DNA of 64,000 nt from Victivallales bacterium (GCA_963678305.2 CAXXVV010000008.1:34437-98436); one strand, 5' to 3'; numbered from the stretch's first letter, positions 1 through 10,485 are shown. Numbers and translations: made by a program. Notes: generated by a model from the sequence alone, not told the origin.

Positions 1-937
1 TAAAGTATTTTAACACGGCGTCTTTTTCGCCTTTTTCCAGAAGCGCCTTTGCCAGGGACATATTGGGACCAAAAGAATTAAGTTGAGGAGATCCGGATGT
101 ATTGCCGGCTTTGTCCAAATATTTCCTGGCTTTTTCAACATCGCCATCCTTCAGAGCGATAATTCCGAGAATATTATTTCCGGTATTTATGTTATTTCCA
201 TGATTCCAGCCGGACGGATTATCCGCCAGCATCTTTTCAGCATAAATCTTTGCCTCTTTCAGTTTCCCGGCAGCCAACGCCATTTTTGCCAATGGCCCCA
301 TGACAGCCTCTGTTTTAGCTCCCTTTGAAAGCTTGTAGGCAACCTCAAACTGCTCAAACGACTTTGTGGCAAACTTACTTTTTTCATTCGGAGGAGCCTG
401 CATCATATCCAACATATATACGTAACCGAAACAAGCATGCCATTCCGGGTTGTCCGGATCGATTTTACATGCCTTTTCAAGTGATGCAGCGGCCAGCTTC
501 CGATCATAGAGCAAAAAGAATTTTGCGGAATTATCCAGAATCTTGAGATTCTCCGGCTGTTTTTTGATTTGTTCCTGCCAAATCACCTTTGCCTGTTCGT
601 ATGCGCTGGGTTCCATGATTTTATTAAGCTGCCCGTAAGGCAGAGCAAGCACCCTGGAGTCCGGAGCGTTTTTGATCAACCAGAGAATATGCCGGCTTTT
701 CGCATCGCGGGCGGCCTGATCCCGAAATGACTGGACAAAATAATAACCGAGCAGTTTTGTTCTTGCGGCAGCATCAGCCGAATCTTTTTTAAGTTTTTCC
801 TCCAACGCTTCAGCCTGCTTCGCAGTCAAACTCCGGCCCGTACTGATCAATTGATTGACATTATCGGAATACGCGGAAAAGTTCACACAAACTGCAACCA
901 CGATAATCAAAATGATTTCAAAAAACTTTTTACCCAT
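1..937 (-). CDS. Secreted alpha-helical repeat (TPR-like) protein, partial; the C-terminus runs off the left edge
   Basis: The open minus-strand frame is not in the ORF track because no stop lies inside the window. ATG at 937-935 is preceded by AGGAGG (rc of cctcct at 945-950). The N-terminus MGKKFFEIILIIVVAVCVNFSAYS looks like a signal peptide. The rest is Ala/Lys/Leu-rich helical repeat sequence. Confidence 0.6.
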   Translation of the reverse strand, partial: MGKKFFEIILIIVVAVCVNFSAYSDNVNQLISTGRSLTAKQAEALEEKLKKDSADAAARTKLLGYYFVQSFRDQAARDAKSRHILWLIKNAPDSRVLALPYGQLNKIMEPSAYEQAKVIWQEQIKKQPENLKILDNSAKFFLLYDRKLAAASLEKACKIDPDNPEWHACFGYVYMLDMMQAPPNEKSKFATKSFEQFEVAYKLSKGAKTEAVMGPLAKMALAAGKLKEAKIYAEKMLADNPSGWNHGNNINTGNNILGIIALKDGDVEKARKYLDKAGNTSGSPQLNSFGPNMSLAKALLEKGEKDAVLKYF

Positions 938-1126
938 AATAAACCTCCTATGCTTTATATTGAAATATACAAATACCTCTGATGCACTATATCATTATTC
1001 CACCGCTTTTCAATGAGAGATCTCTTCTTATTGAGAATCGTATCCAAATATCTTTCCACAGCTTGATTTTGCTTCCGGCCGGGATATATTTTTGTTTATG
1101 AATATACTCAACCCTACTGGAATTTT

Positions 1127-3004
1127 ATGACTGACAAATTTGATTATGACGTTATAGTGGTCGGGGCCGGACATGCCGGCTGCGATGCCGCGCTCGCCGC
1201 GGCCCGGGTCGGAGCGAAAACCCTGCTGTTGACCATTAATATGGATCACATAGCGCAGATGAGCTGCAACCCGGCCGTCGGCGGTATCGCCAAGGGGCAC
1301 GTCACCCGTGAGATCGACGCTCTGGGGGGAGCCCAGGGACGCGTTACCGATGCCGCCGCGATCCAATTCCGGATGCTCAACAGCACCAAAGGCCCGGCGG
1401 TATGGAGTCCACGCTCACAATGTGACAAAGTATGTTTCCAACGTGCTATGAAACGCGAAGTCGAGCTTCAACCGAACCTTGACGTCAAACAGGCAATGGC
1501 GACCGCTTTTGTATTCGAGAATAACACGATTACCGGAATACAAACCGACTTTGAAGATACTTTCAGTTGTCGCGCGGCGGTTTTGACGACCGGAACTTTT
1601 CTCAACGGACTGCTGCATTACGGCATGATGAGTTTTCCCGGAGGCAGGGCCGGAGATCCAGCCTCGGTAAAGCTCGCAAACAACCTGAGAGAACAGCTGG
1701 GGCTGCGAGTAGGCCGTTTAAAAACCGGAACTCCGCCGCGAATCCTGGCCAAGACCATTGATTTCTCCCGCATGGAGAAACAGGACGCGGAAATATTCGA
1801 GGAGAATTTCAGCTATTTTCAGGATGACGCGGCCCTGCCCCGTGCGGAACGGCGCGACATGAACTGTTTTATGACTCACTCCGACGAAAAAACAGCGCAA
1901 ATCATCCATGACAATATAGATAAGTCCCCAATGTATCAGGGAAAGATCGAAGGTATCGGCACCCGGTATTGCCCGTCATTCGAGGACAAAGTAATTCGGT
2001 TCCCGCACCATCCGCGCCATCTGCTTTATCTGGAGCCGGAAGGCGAATTTACCGAAGAATATTACATCAACGGGATTTCGACCAGCCTGCCGCCGGAGGT
2101 CCAGAAACAGATGATCCATTCGGTTCCCGGCCTCGAAAACGCGGAAATATCCCGCTACGCCTATGCTATCGAATATGACTTTATCTTCCCGGACCAGTTG
2201 GAACGTTCACTCCGGTTGAAAAAATTTACAAATCTTTTTACCGCCGGTCAGATCAACGGCACCAGTGGTTACGAGGAAGCCGCCGGCCAGGGACTGGTCG
2301 CCGGCATGAACGCCGCCAGGATCGCCGCGGGGCAGTCCCCCGCCGAACTGGCCCGCGACTCCAGTTATATCGGAGTTATGATTGATGATCTGGTAACCAA
2401 GGAAATCGTGGAGCCATACCGTCTGTTTACCAGCCGGGCGGAATTCCGGCTGCAGTTGCGGCAGGACAATGCCGATTTGCGCTTGTGTGATTTCGCTTAC
2501 AAGCACGGACTTCTGCCTGAAGCCAAATATCAGGCTTTTTCCGCCTATAAAAATAAATTACTGGAAGCGGAAAATATTGCGAAAAAAGAAAAACTTGACG
2601 GCAAGCCCCTGTGGGCTCACCTGAAAACCTTGAACGGACGCTGGACTTCCGGCGCGGAATTACCGTTTCCGGCTGATTTGCTGAAACTTGATCTGGATAG
2701 TTTTACCGACCGGCGCGCCATGCAGCAGTTGGCGATAATGGCTCATTACGAAGGTTATCTGGAACGTGAAAAAGTTGCGGTAAGTCGTTTAAACCGGCTT
2801 GAATCATGGAAGATTCCGGAAGATTTCGACTATTCGGTCATTCAGGGTCTGCGTAATGAATCCCGCGCCAAACTTGAAAAGGTCCGCCCGACAACTTTAT
2901 CCCAGGCCGGACGCATTGACGGCGTCAACCCGCCGGAACTGGCCCTGCTGCAAGTGCATTTGAAACGAGTTCTTTCTAAACAACAGGAAACCGGGGATTC
3001 CTGA
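1127..3004 (+). CDS. mnmG: tRNA uridine-5-carboxymethylaminomethyl modification enzyme MnmG (GidA)
   Basis: 625 aa. The N-terminal FAD fingerprint DVIVVGAGHAGCDAALAAAR is present, along with CNPAVGGIAKGHVTREIDALGG, GTRYCPSFEDKV and GQINGTSGYEEAAGQGL blocks typical of GidA. Confidence 0.95.
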   Translation: MTDKFDYDVIVVGAGHAGCDAALAAARVGAKTLLLTINMDHIAQMSCNPAVGGIAKGHVTREIDALGGAQGRVTDAAAIQFRMLNSTKGPAVWSPRSQCDKVCFQRAMKREVELQPNLDVKQAMATAFVFENNTITGIQTDFEDTFSCRAAVLTTGTFLNGLLHYGMMSFPGGRAGDPASVKLANNLREQLGLRVGRLKTGTPPRILAKTIDFSRMEKQDAEIFEENFSYFQDDAALPRAERRDMNCFMTHSDEKTAQIIHDNIDKSPMYQGKIEGIGTRYCPSFEDKVIRFPHHPRHLLYLEPEGEFTEEYYINGISTSLPPEVQKQMIHSVPGLENAEISRYAYAIEYDFIFPDQLERSLRLKKFTNLFTAGQINGTSGYEEAAGQGLVAGMNAARIAAGQSPAELARDSSYIGVMIDDLVTKEIVEPYRLFTSRAEFRLQLRQDNADLRLCDFAYKHGLLPEAKYQAFSAYKNKLLEAENIAKKEKLDGKPLWAHLKTLNGRWTSGAELPFPADLLKLDLDSFTDRRAMQQLAIMAHYEGYLEREKVAVSRLNRLESWKIPEDFDYSVIQGLRNESRAKLEKVRPTTLSQAGRIDGVNPPELALLQVHLKRVLSKQQETGDS

Positions 3005-3008
3005 AAGT

Positions 3009-4001
3009 ATGAAAATAGCATTGTCAATACTTAAATTCCTGTTAAGGCACCTTGAGCTGATAAAAGAACTGCTCAGACAAATTGCCGATGTTATAAGACG
3101 CCTGATGCGGGATAAGCTCCACGCCCTCGCCCTGATTACCGTACTCATTTATCTGGTTGGGGCATTGAGTATTGAAATTTACAGTGTTAGCTGCAACCAC
3201 AAAAAAATCATTCCGATTTATGACCGCGACAATATGGAACAATGCTACCTGTCGCCGTCGAGTCAGCATCCATTTGGAACCGATTACCGGGGGCGCGATG
3301 TCCTTTACCGGGCAGTCGCCGGGATTTCCACCGCCGTTAAAGTTGGTTTGACCGCTTCGATCATTTCAGGGGTTATTGGCGTAACCCTAGGCCTGCTCGG
3401 AGGCTTTTTCGGCGGTAAGATAGACGACATAGTGGTCTGGATATACAGTACGTTCGCGTCAATGCCGACAATGCTGTTTATTCTTGCGTTCGCCCTGCTG
3501 GCAACCCGCGGCTTTCTGTTTTCACCACTGGCTAAATCTTTCAACCATTGCGCCGAAATTTTCAACATCGATCCCGGCATGATGGCCGTATATCTGGCAA
3601 TCGGGATTACCGGCTGGGTCACGCTGTGCCGGGCAGTCCGGGGCGAAACCATGCAGCAGCGGGAGCGCGCATATATCCAGGCGGCAAAAATCCTCGGCTT
3701 GAGCGATCTGAGAATCATCTTCCGGCATATCCTGCCGAACGTTTTCCATTTGGTTATTATTTACTCGACTTTGCGCTTCGCCTACGCGATTATGACGGAA
3801 GTGATCGTCAGCTATCTTGGCCTTGGCGTGCAAACCGCGCCCAGCTGGGGCGTTATGATCGCGGACGGTCAGGAACGGCTCTGGCGCGGCATCTGGTGGG
3901 AAGTCGGCGCGGCAACTTTGTTTATGTTCATTCTGGTCCTGGCCCTGAACATTCTGGGCGACGCGCTGCGTGACGCCCTTGACCCGAAGCTTAAAAACTG
4001 A
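3009..4001 (+). CDS. ABC transporter permease, OppC/DppC (BPD_transp_1) type, orphan
   Basis: 330 aa. It carries HPFGTDYRGRDVLYRAVAG (OppC N-terminal signature) and the EAA-loop region YIQAAKILGLSDLRIIFRHILPN. It starts 4 nt after the mnmG stop. Confidence 0.8.
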   Translation: MKIALSILKFLLRHLELIKELLRQIADVIRRLMRDKLHALALITVLIYLVGALSIEIYSVSCNHKKIIPIYDRDNMEQCYLSPSSQHPFGTDYRGRDVLYRAVAGISTAVKVGLTASIISGVIGVTLGLLGGFFGGKIDDIVVWIYSTFASMPTMLFILAFALLATRGFLFSPLAKSFNHCAEIFNIDPGMMAVYLAIGITGWVTLCRAVRGETMQQRERAYIQAAKILGLSDLRIIFRHILPNVFHLVIIYSTLRFAYAIMTEVIVSYLGLGVQTAPSWGVMIADGQERLWRGIWWEVGAATLFMFILVLALNILGDALRDALDPKLKN

Positions 4002-4221
4002 TTACAGTATAAATTACTCAATTTTTATTTGATGCATATTATCATCTGATATATATTCTTATTAAAAATTTTGCTTATAGTCAGAGATATCCAGATGCAA
4101 GTATCGGGTTATTTACAGCTTGACCAGATACTCCCGCTTCCGTAGCGCACAGTGCGTAGTTTGAAGCGGTATATCGCCATCCGTCGAACGGATTAAATGG
4201 AAATAATGAGAGGGCTTTGTC

Positions 4222-4950
4222 ATGAACAGTTCCGGAGATTCTACGCCAAAGAGCGAAATAAGCCTGAAAAATATCAAGAAAACTTACGTCATGGGCGACG
4301 TAAAAGTTCCGGTTCTGCACGGGGTCGATCTCGAAATATACCAAGGGGAAATAACGATTATCCTCGGTGCTTCAGGTTCCGGGAAAAGCACTTTGCTGAA
4401 TATCATGGGGGGCATCGAGAATCCAACCGACGGCGAAATATGGTTCGGCGGCGAAAATCTCGCAAATTACAACGATGCCCAACTGACCAATTACCGCAGA
4501 AACAACGTCGGTTTCGTATTTCAATTCTATAATTTGATTCCGACTTTGACCGCAAAGGAAAATGTCGAAGTCTCCACCGAAATATCAACCAACCCCCTCG
4601 AACCGCTGAAAGCGCTTGAACTGGTTGGAATGGATGATCGGGCCGACCATTTCCCTTCCCAGATGTCCGGCGGTCAGCAGCAGCGGGTCTCAATTGCCAG
4701 AGCACTGGCAAAAAATCCGACTTTAATGCTCTGCGACGAGCCGACCGGAGCCCTGGATTTCAAAACCGGTCAACTTGTCCTGGAAACTCTCGTCGATTTA
4801 AATACTAAACTTGGGACCACCATCGTCATCATCACCCACTGCGTGCCTTTGGCCGATCTGGCTCACCGTGTCATTCACCTGGGCAGCGGCTTGATCGGGA
4901 AAACCGTGGTAAACGAAAGCCGGCGCGAAGTTAAAGAGATATCATGGTAA
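4222..4950 (+). CDS. ABC transporter ATP-binding protein, MacB/LolD-like
   Basis: Walker A GASGSGKST, signature MSGGQQQRVSIARAL, Walker B LMLCDEPTGALD, and an FQFYNLIP Q-loop region. Confidence 0.9.
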   Translation: MNSSGDSTPKSEISLKNIKKTYVMGDVKVPVLHGVDLEIYQGEITIILGASGSGKSTLLNIMGGIENPTDGEIWFGGENLANYNDAQLTNYRRNNVGFVFQFYNLIPTLTAKENVEVSTEISTNPLEPLKALELVGMDDRADHFPSQMSGGQQQRVSIARALAKNPTLMLCDEPTGALDFKTGQLVLETLVDLNTKLGTTIVIITHCVPLADLAHRVIHLGSGLIGKTVVNESRREVKEISW

Positions 4951-7337
4951 AAAAAATGAGCTCAGTCCTGAATAAAAAATTGCGGCGAGATATTATCAAT
5001 TCAAAAGGGATTTTGTTTGCCGTCATCGCAATCATAACGGTTGGAACCGGGGTACTGATCGGACTCGGGGGAACATATAACAACCTCATCAATGCTCAGC
5101 ACAACTATTATTCCAGATGCAAAATGGCCGACTTCTGGATCGAATTGAAAAAAGCGCCTAATTCCTCAATTGATGATCTGAAATCCATAAAGGGAATAAT
5201 TGAATTACGCAGACGGATCGTCTTCCCGGTCATCGTCGATATTGCCGATGTCAGCGAACCCTTGACCGGAACTTTGATTTCAATGCCGGAATCACACACA
5301 AACGTAATCAACGATATAATAATCAGAAGGGGAAATTATTTCACTAAAGACAAAGAAAATGAAGTCATTGTCTCTGAAAAATTCGCATTGGCCAGAAACA
5401 TCTTACCCGGAGATTTCATCCACCTGATTTTGAATGGCCAGAAAAAGAAGCTGTACGTTATCGGCACCGCGATCAGCCCGGAATACGTCTTCGCGACACC
5501 GCCGGGCGGCATTGCCCCGTCAAATTCAACCTACGGGATTTTCTGGATCAAACAAAAATTCGCCGAAGACCGGTTAGGATTCGACGGCGCTTATAATAAT
5601 CTTATCGGGCGACTGTCACCGGAAGCGGGAGAATTTCCCGATGCGGTGATCAAGAAAATCGACCAGAAACTTACCCCATACGGAATCTTTTCCAGTTACT
5701 CTTTAAAGAATCAGGCGTCCAATCAGGAACTCTCCTCGGAACTGAGTTCTCTCAGCACCTACACGGTCCTGCTGCCTTTTCTTTTTCTCGGCGTCGCCGC
5801 CTTGACCTTGAACGTGGTCATGCAGAGAACAGCCGAACAGCAAAGAGTTATTGTCGGAACCCTGAAGGCACTTGGCACAGATAATAAGAACATCTTGTGG
5901 ATTTATGTAAAATACAGCCTGTTTGTCGGAATAACCGGAGGTTTGGCCGGTTGCCTTCTCGGTTACTGGATTTCCGGCGGCATGACCGTTATGTACCAGA
6001 ATTTTTACACCTTCCCCCACCTGGCTAACCACGCATATCCCAACCTGATGCTTATCTCAATGTTGTGTTCGATTCTCTTTGCCGTTATGGGTTCATGGCG
6101 AGGAGTACGGGCAATGATCAGGCTCAATCCGGCTGAAGCGATGCACTCGCCGCCACCACCGGTCGGGGGAAAAATTATGCTCGAAAGATGGAACTGGTTT
6201 TGGAACAAACTGGATTTCCGCTGGCAGATCGTCCTGAGAAGCATTTTCCGCAACAAAAAGCGTTCATCCGTTGGAATTATATGTGCGGCAATGGGTTCTT
6301 CGCTGGTATTTATGGCTTTTGCGATGGCTGATTCAATCGAGTATATGGTATCCTTCGAATACGATAAACTTCTTCACAGTGACTACACCCTCAGTCTGCG
6401 CAACTGTGTGGATTACGGAGCCCTGTACGAAGCCAGAAAGCTGCCCGGCATAGTCCATGCGGAACCGGAACTGTCAATTCAGTGCAAACTGAGCAACGGG
6501 CAATACACCAAAAAATGCCTGGTCACCGGCCTTGAAAAAAACGCAAAACTCCTGACCCCGTGCAGGATAGACGGCGCCAGGGTCAAAGTTCCGGAAAACG
6601 GCCTGCTGCTTACCGCCAGATTAGCCCAGTTGCTTCATGTCAAGGCCGGGGATCAGCTTGACTTCTCAACCGTAAAAGGATTGAGAAAAACACATAAGAC
6701 CCACGTTGCCGGGGTCATCGACAGCACTTTCGGCCTCACCGTCTACACCGACTACGAATATTTCAACCGCCTCATATCCGAAAACGGCGCTATTTCTGTC
6801 TTGCAGTTAAAAGCCGGACACTCCCCGGCTGAACTGAAAAGCTTTCTGAAAGAAATAAAAAAATATCCTCAACTGGCATCTCTTACAATAATCGAAAAAG
6901 CCAAGCAGCATTTGAATGAAACAATGGTGGCGGAGCTCAATACGATAGTTTATGCCATCGTTATTTTCGCCGCGATCATTTTTCTAGGCTCGATCCTGAA
7001 CTCCGCCCTGATCTCCGTCTCTGAACAAAAACAGGAACTGGCAACCCTTCGCGCCCTTGGTTTTACTCCGGGTGAAACCGGCAGGATTTTTCTCAGAAAT
7101 ACATTTATAATTAATATAACCGGCTCCATCCTTGGAATTCCTATTGGATACTATTTCAACTACGCAACATCGTTAATGATCCGCAACGATACCATGGCGA
7201 TGCCGTGTTACGTCGACTTTTCCGCTTATGTCTGGACCGTGTCACTTTCATTATTGTTTATTTTTCTAGCATATTCGATAATTCAGAAAAGTATCAACCG
7301 GATGCAGTGGCTTGAAGCTCTGAATGTAAAAGCATAA
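4944..7337 (+). CDS. ABC transporter permease with two FtsX-like domains (MacB-type)
   Basis: 797 aa. It overlaps the ATPase stop (ATGGTAA). There are two blocks of 3-4 TM helices, each preceded by a large extracytoplasmic domain. TLKALGT and TLRALGF motifs are typical of FtsX domains. Confidence 0.8.
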   Translation: MVKKMSSVLNKKLRRDIINSKGILFAVIAIITVGTGVLIGLGGTYNNLINAQHNYYSRCKMADFWIELKKAPNSSIDDLKSIKGIIELRRRIVFPVIVDIADVSEPLTGTLISMPESHTNVINDIIIRRGNYFTKDKENEVIVSEKFALARNILPGDFIHLILNGQKKKLYVIGTAISPEYVFATPPGGIAPSNSTYGIFWIKQKFAEDRLGFDGAYNNLIGRLSPEAGEFPDAVIKKIDQKLTPYGIFSSYSLKNQASNQELSSELSSLSTYTVLLPFLFLGVAALTLNVVMQRTAEQQRVIVGTLKALGTDNKNILWIYVKYSLFVGITGGLAGCLLGYWISGGMTVMYQNFYTFPHLANHAYPNLMLISMLCSILFAVMGSWRGVRAMIRLNPAEAMHSPPPPVGGKIMLERWNWFWNKLDFRWQIVLRSIFRNKKRSSVGIICAAMGSSLVFMAFAMADSIEYMVSFEYDKLLHSDYTLSLRNCVDYGALYEARKLPGIVHAEPELSIQCKLSNGQYTKKCLVTGLEKNAKLLTPCRIDGARVKVPENGLLLTARLAQLLHVKAGDQLDFSTVKGLRKTHKTHVAGVIDSTFGLTVYTDYEYFNRLISENGAISVLQLKAGHSPAELKSFLKEIKKYPQLASLTIIEKAKQHLNETMVAELNTIVYAIVIFAAIIFLGSILNSALISVSEQKQELATLRALGFTPGETGRIFLRNTFIINITGSILGIPIGYYFNYATSLMIRNDTMAMPCYVDFSAYVWTVSLSLLFIFLAYSIIQKSINRMQWLEALNVKA

Positions 7338-7364
7338 ATTAAAATAACTTCCAGGAGGTAAATT

Positions 7365-8711
7365 ATGAAAAAAAGAACAATGGTTATCGGAGGGAGCATC
7401 GGGATTCTAATTATTATCTGGATAATTTACGCGGAAATGCAGGGGATTCCGGCCCTGACCGGCAAAGTTACAAAAGGAACCGTCAGGGAGTATGTGGAAG
7501 ACCGTGCCGTCACCTCTCTGCCGGTTCTTTATAAGGTTTCAATGCCGCAGTCAGGACGGATCGAGCCAATTAAACTTATCCCCGGAGCAACAGTGCAAAA
7601 GGGGCAGTTGATAGCCAGTCTTGACAATACCGAGTTCAAGAAAGAATGCGCTATTGCATCCGCCCGGATCAACGCGCTTCAAGGTCAAATTAAAATTAAT
7701 AAATACGATGCGCTGGAAAAAACCGCCGTTAAAGAATCAATGAAATGGATTCAAGCTATCGATAATCTGGTTGATGTGTCTGAAAATAAAGTTAAAGCAA
7801 GTAAATTGATTTACAAATATGCCGAAGACTACAAAACAACCTTACTAAATAGTGGTCAGGCAATAAGCCGGATTCAGGACAGCCAGGCCAAAATGGAAGC
7901 GGCGGTAAAGAATGTCGATGTGGAAACGTCCAAAGTAATGCTGAATGCTTTCAAGGTAGTGGATTCGATTTTCAAACTGGCGCCGGTCTATATCAATGAA
8001 TACCTTAATATCAAAAGACTTAAACTTCAAGTCTTGCTGAGTTCCCTGGCTGAAGCGGAAGCTGAACTGAAACTGGCCCAAACCAGGCTCGATCGCTGTA
8101 AAATCAAAAGTCCGGCAAACGGCATTGTGTTAAAAAAATATCATGAAAATCTTCACTATCTTCCCGCAGGAACTCTGTTACTGGAACTGGGGAACCTTAA
8201 TGAGCTGCAAATCACCGCGGGAATTTTGTCCAGTGACGCAATCAACATCTCTCCTGGAAACGAGGTCGACATCTATGCACCATCTCTTGCCGACATTCCA
8301 ATTAGAGGCAAAGTTATCAGAGTTGACCCCAAAGGCTATACTGAACTATCCTCACTTGGAGTAAAACAACAACGTGTACATGTAAAAATATCTTTTGATA
8401 AAGACAGCCTTGAAAAACTGAACCATGCTAAAAAAACGCTTGGCGTGGATTTTCGGCTGCAAGTTAAGATTTACACCGCGGTTAAAAAGGACACGTTGAA
8501 AATACCCAGAAGTGCCCTTATCAAAAATAATGCCGGAGCCTGGCAAGTCTATGCTGTAATTGATAACAAAGCATCGCTTAAAACCGTTTCTGTAGGATTG
8601 CTTAACGATGATGAAGCCGAAATAACAAAAGGTCTAAATGAAAACGATATGGTAATCCTTGCCCCCGGAAACAATATCCAGGCAGGCGAAAGAATAACCG
8701 CCGTCCAATAA
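7365..8711 (+). CDS. HlyD-family periplasmic adaptor (membrane fusion protein)
   Basis: 448 aa with an N-terminal TM anchor, lipoyl-like GQLIASLD and PANGIVL halves flanking a long coiled coil, and a C-terminal beta-barrel. AGGAGG lies 7 nt upstream. Confidence 0.8.
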   Translation: MKKRTMVIGGSIGILIIIWIIYAEMQGIPALTGKVTKGTVREYVEDRAVTSLPVLYKVSMPQSGRIEPIKLIPGATVQKGQLIASLDNTEFKKECAIASARINALQGQIKINKYDALEKTAVKESMKWIQAIDNLVDVSENKVKASKLIYKYAEDYKTTLLNSGQAISRIQDSQAKMEAAVKNVDVETSKVMLNAFKVVDSIFKLAPVYINEYLNIKRLKLQVLLSSLAEAEAELKLAQTRLDRCKIKSPANGIVLKKYHENLHYLPAGTLLLELGNLNELQITAGILSSDAINISPGNEVDIYAPSLADIPIRGKVIRVDPKGYTELSSLGVKQQRVHVKISFDKDSLEKLNHAKKTLGVDFRLQVKIYTAVKKDTLKIPRSALIKNNAGAWQVYAVIDNKASLKTVSVGLLNDDEAEITKGLNENDMVILAPGNNIQAGERITAVQ

Positions 8712-8852
8712 AAACGCGACCGGACCAATAACCGAAAAACATTCACCATAAGCTACTTAAAAAATAATATAAAAGCACATACTGCTTATTTATTTAAATT
8801 TAGCAGCATAATTAAGCATTTATATTTTCCGGGATAAAGCATCTGCGGCTGC

Positions 8853-8880
8853 TTGAAAAAGGTTAAGCTGGAACTATATT
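8853..8880 (+). promoter_or_regulatory. Candidate sigma70-type promoter for fbaA (TTGAAA-16-TATATT)
   Basis: Hexamers at 8853-8858 and 8875-8880, about 85 nt upstream of the fbaA ATG. Motif match only. Confidence 0.35.
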
Positions 8881-8965
8881 ATAGAGTATTATCTATAAAT
8901 ACCTGCCTGTGCGGAACAACCGCCGGGTTATATTTTTTATTTTAACACTCAAAAGGAGAGAATAG

Positions 8966-10042
8966 ATGACTAAAGTACTCGACGTAGTAAAACCTGGAGT
9001 TCTGTTCGGTGACGACGTTCAAAAAGTCTTCAAAGTAGCCCATGAAGAAGGATTTGCCATTCCGGCCGTAAACGTAGTCGGTTCAGACTCAATCAATGCG
9101 GTTCTGGAAGCTGCCGCGGTTGTAAATTCACCGGTTGTTATTCAGTTTTCAAACGGCGGCGCCGCTTTTAACGCCGGCAAAGGCCTGAAACTCGAAGGTC
9201 AGGAAGCCGCAATCGCCGGTTCAATCGCCGGTGCTCAGCACATCCATCTGCTGGCTGAAAAATACGGGGTTCCGGTAATCCTGCATACTGACCACTGCGC
9301 CAAAAAACTCTTGCCGTGGATCGACGGTCTGCTTGATGCCGGTGAAGCTTACTTCGCTGAAAAAGGTCGTCCGCTGTACAGCTCACATATGCTGGACCTG
9401 TCCGAAGAGCCCCTGGCTGAAAATATCGAGATTTGCTGCAAATACCTTGAGCGCATGAGCAAAATCGGTATGACGCTGGAAATCGAACTAGGCTGCACCG
9501 GCGGCGAAGAAGACGGCGTAGACAACTCACATCTCGATAATTCCGCTCTTTACACCCAGCCGGAAGATGTTTGCCTGGCTTATGAAAAACTCGGAGCGAT
9601 CAGCCCGAACTTCACTATTGCCGCCGCTTTCGGTAACGTCCATGGCGTTTATAAACCCGGTAATGTTGTTCTGACTCCGGTCATCCTGAAAAATTCTCAG
9701 GATTACATCCAGAAAAAACACAACACCGGCGAAAAACCGGTATTCTTCGTGTTCCACGGCGGTTCAGGTTCAACTCCGGAAGAAATTCGTGAAGCTGTCA
9801 GCTACGGCGTCATCAAAATGAATATCGATACCGATACCCAGTGGGCTTTCTGGAAAGGAATCAAAGATTTCTACGTTGCCAACGAAGGCTACCTGCAGGG
9901 CCAGATCGGCAACCCGGAAGGCGAAGACAAACCGAACAAGAAATACTACGATCCGCGCAAATGGCTGCGTGAAGGCGAAGTATCAGTGGTTAACCGTCTC
10001 AAAGAAGCTTTTGAAGCGCTTAACTGCATGGACCGTAACTGA
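8966..10042 (+). CDS. fbaA: Fructose-bisphosphate aldolase, class II
   Basis: 358 aa. Blocks FAIPAVNV, VILHTDHC, GMTLEIELGCTGGEEDGVD, AAFGNVHGVYKPGNV and FVFHGGSGS are present. RBS is AAGGAGAG. Confidence 0.95.
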   Translation: MTKVLDVVKPGVLFGDDVQKVFKVAHEEGFAIPAVNVVGSDSINAVLEAAAVVNSPVVIQFSNGGAAFNAGKGLKLEGQEAAIAGSIAGAQHIHLLAEKYGVPVILHTDHCAKKLLPWIDGLLDAGEAYFAEKGRPLYSSHMLDLSEEPLAENIEICCKYLERMSKIGMTLEIELGCTGGEEDGVDNSHLDNSALYTQPEDVCLAYEKLGAISPNFTIAAAFGNVHGVYKPGNVVLTPVILKNSQDYIQKKHNTGEKPVFFVFHGGSGSTPEEIREAVSYGVIKMNIDTDTQWAFWKGIKDFYVANEGYLQGQIGNPEGEDKPNKKYYDPRKWLREGEVSVVNRLKEAFEALNCMDRN

Positions 10043-10061
10043 TCCATCTTTTTGTACTATA

Positions 10062-10089
10062 CCGCCCGGTAACGGGCGGTTTTTTTTTG
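10062..10089 (+). terminator. Rho-independent terminator of fbaA
   Basis: CCGCCCG-gtaa-CGGGCGG stem-loop (10063-10079) followed by T9. Confidence 0.85.
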
Positions 10090-10330
10090 CCTTTTTTTCT
10101 GCAAACGCTTAATTTTACTAAACTTCCAGTTTGTCCAGAAGCATTGTTTGAATATTCAAAACTGCATGCGTTAAGATCGATAAACGGTTGAAATATCAAC
10201 ATAGAAAAAAGATTACAGTCCATTTCTCGAGCAAAAAAGCCTCGACTATTCTCGATAAAGTAATACAGAACAGTGACTTATCATTTCACTGGCAATTTCC
10301 GTAAAAACTAACATTTTACTTACAATTATC

Positions 10331-10359
10331 TTGACTTTTAGTTGAGCCGAGTGTATAAT
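10331..10359 (+). promoter_or_regulatory. Near-consensus sigma70 promoter (TTGACT-17-TATAAT) with no confident downstream gene
   Basis: TTGACT at 10331-10336, a 17-nt spacer, and TATAAT at 10354-10359 preceded by TG. It sits in a low-GC gap. Confidence 0.55.
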
Positions 10360-10485
10360 TTAAGTAGATGAGATTCATTCTTGAAGGTTAGTAATGAAAT
10401 TTGAATGGAATAAATTGTCAAAAGTGACCAGCGACTGCTCGATAACCGGGCAGCCGCAGCAATAGCTTCTACTTTTACTTCGGCA

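Noticed and set aside
8920-8950. A possible attenuator in the fbaA leader (GCGG-aacaa-CCGC followed by a T-rich run).
   Set aside because: The stem is only 4 bp, too weak to call a terminator or attenuator.
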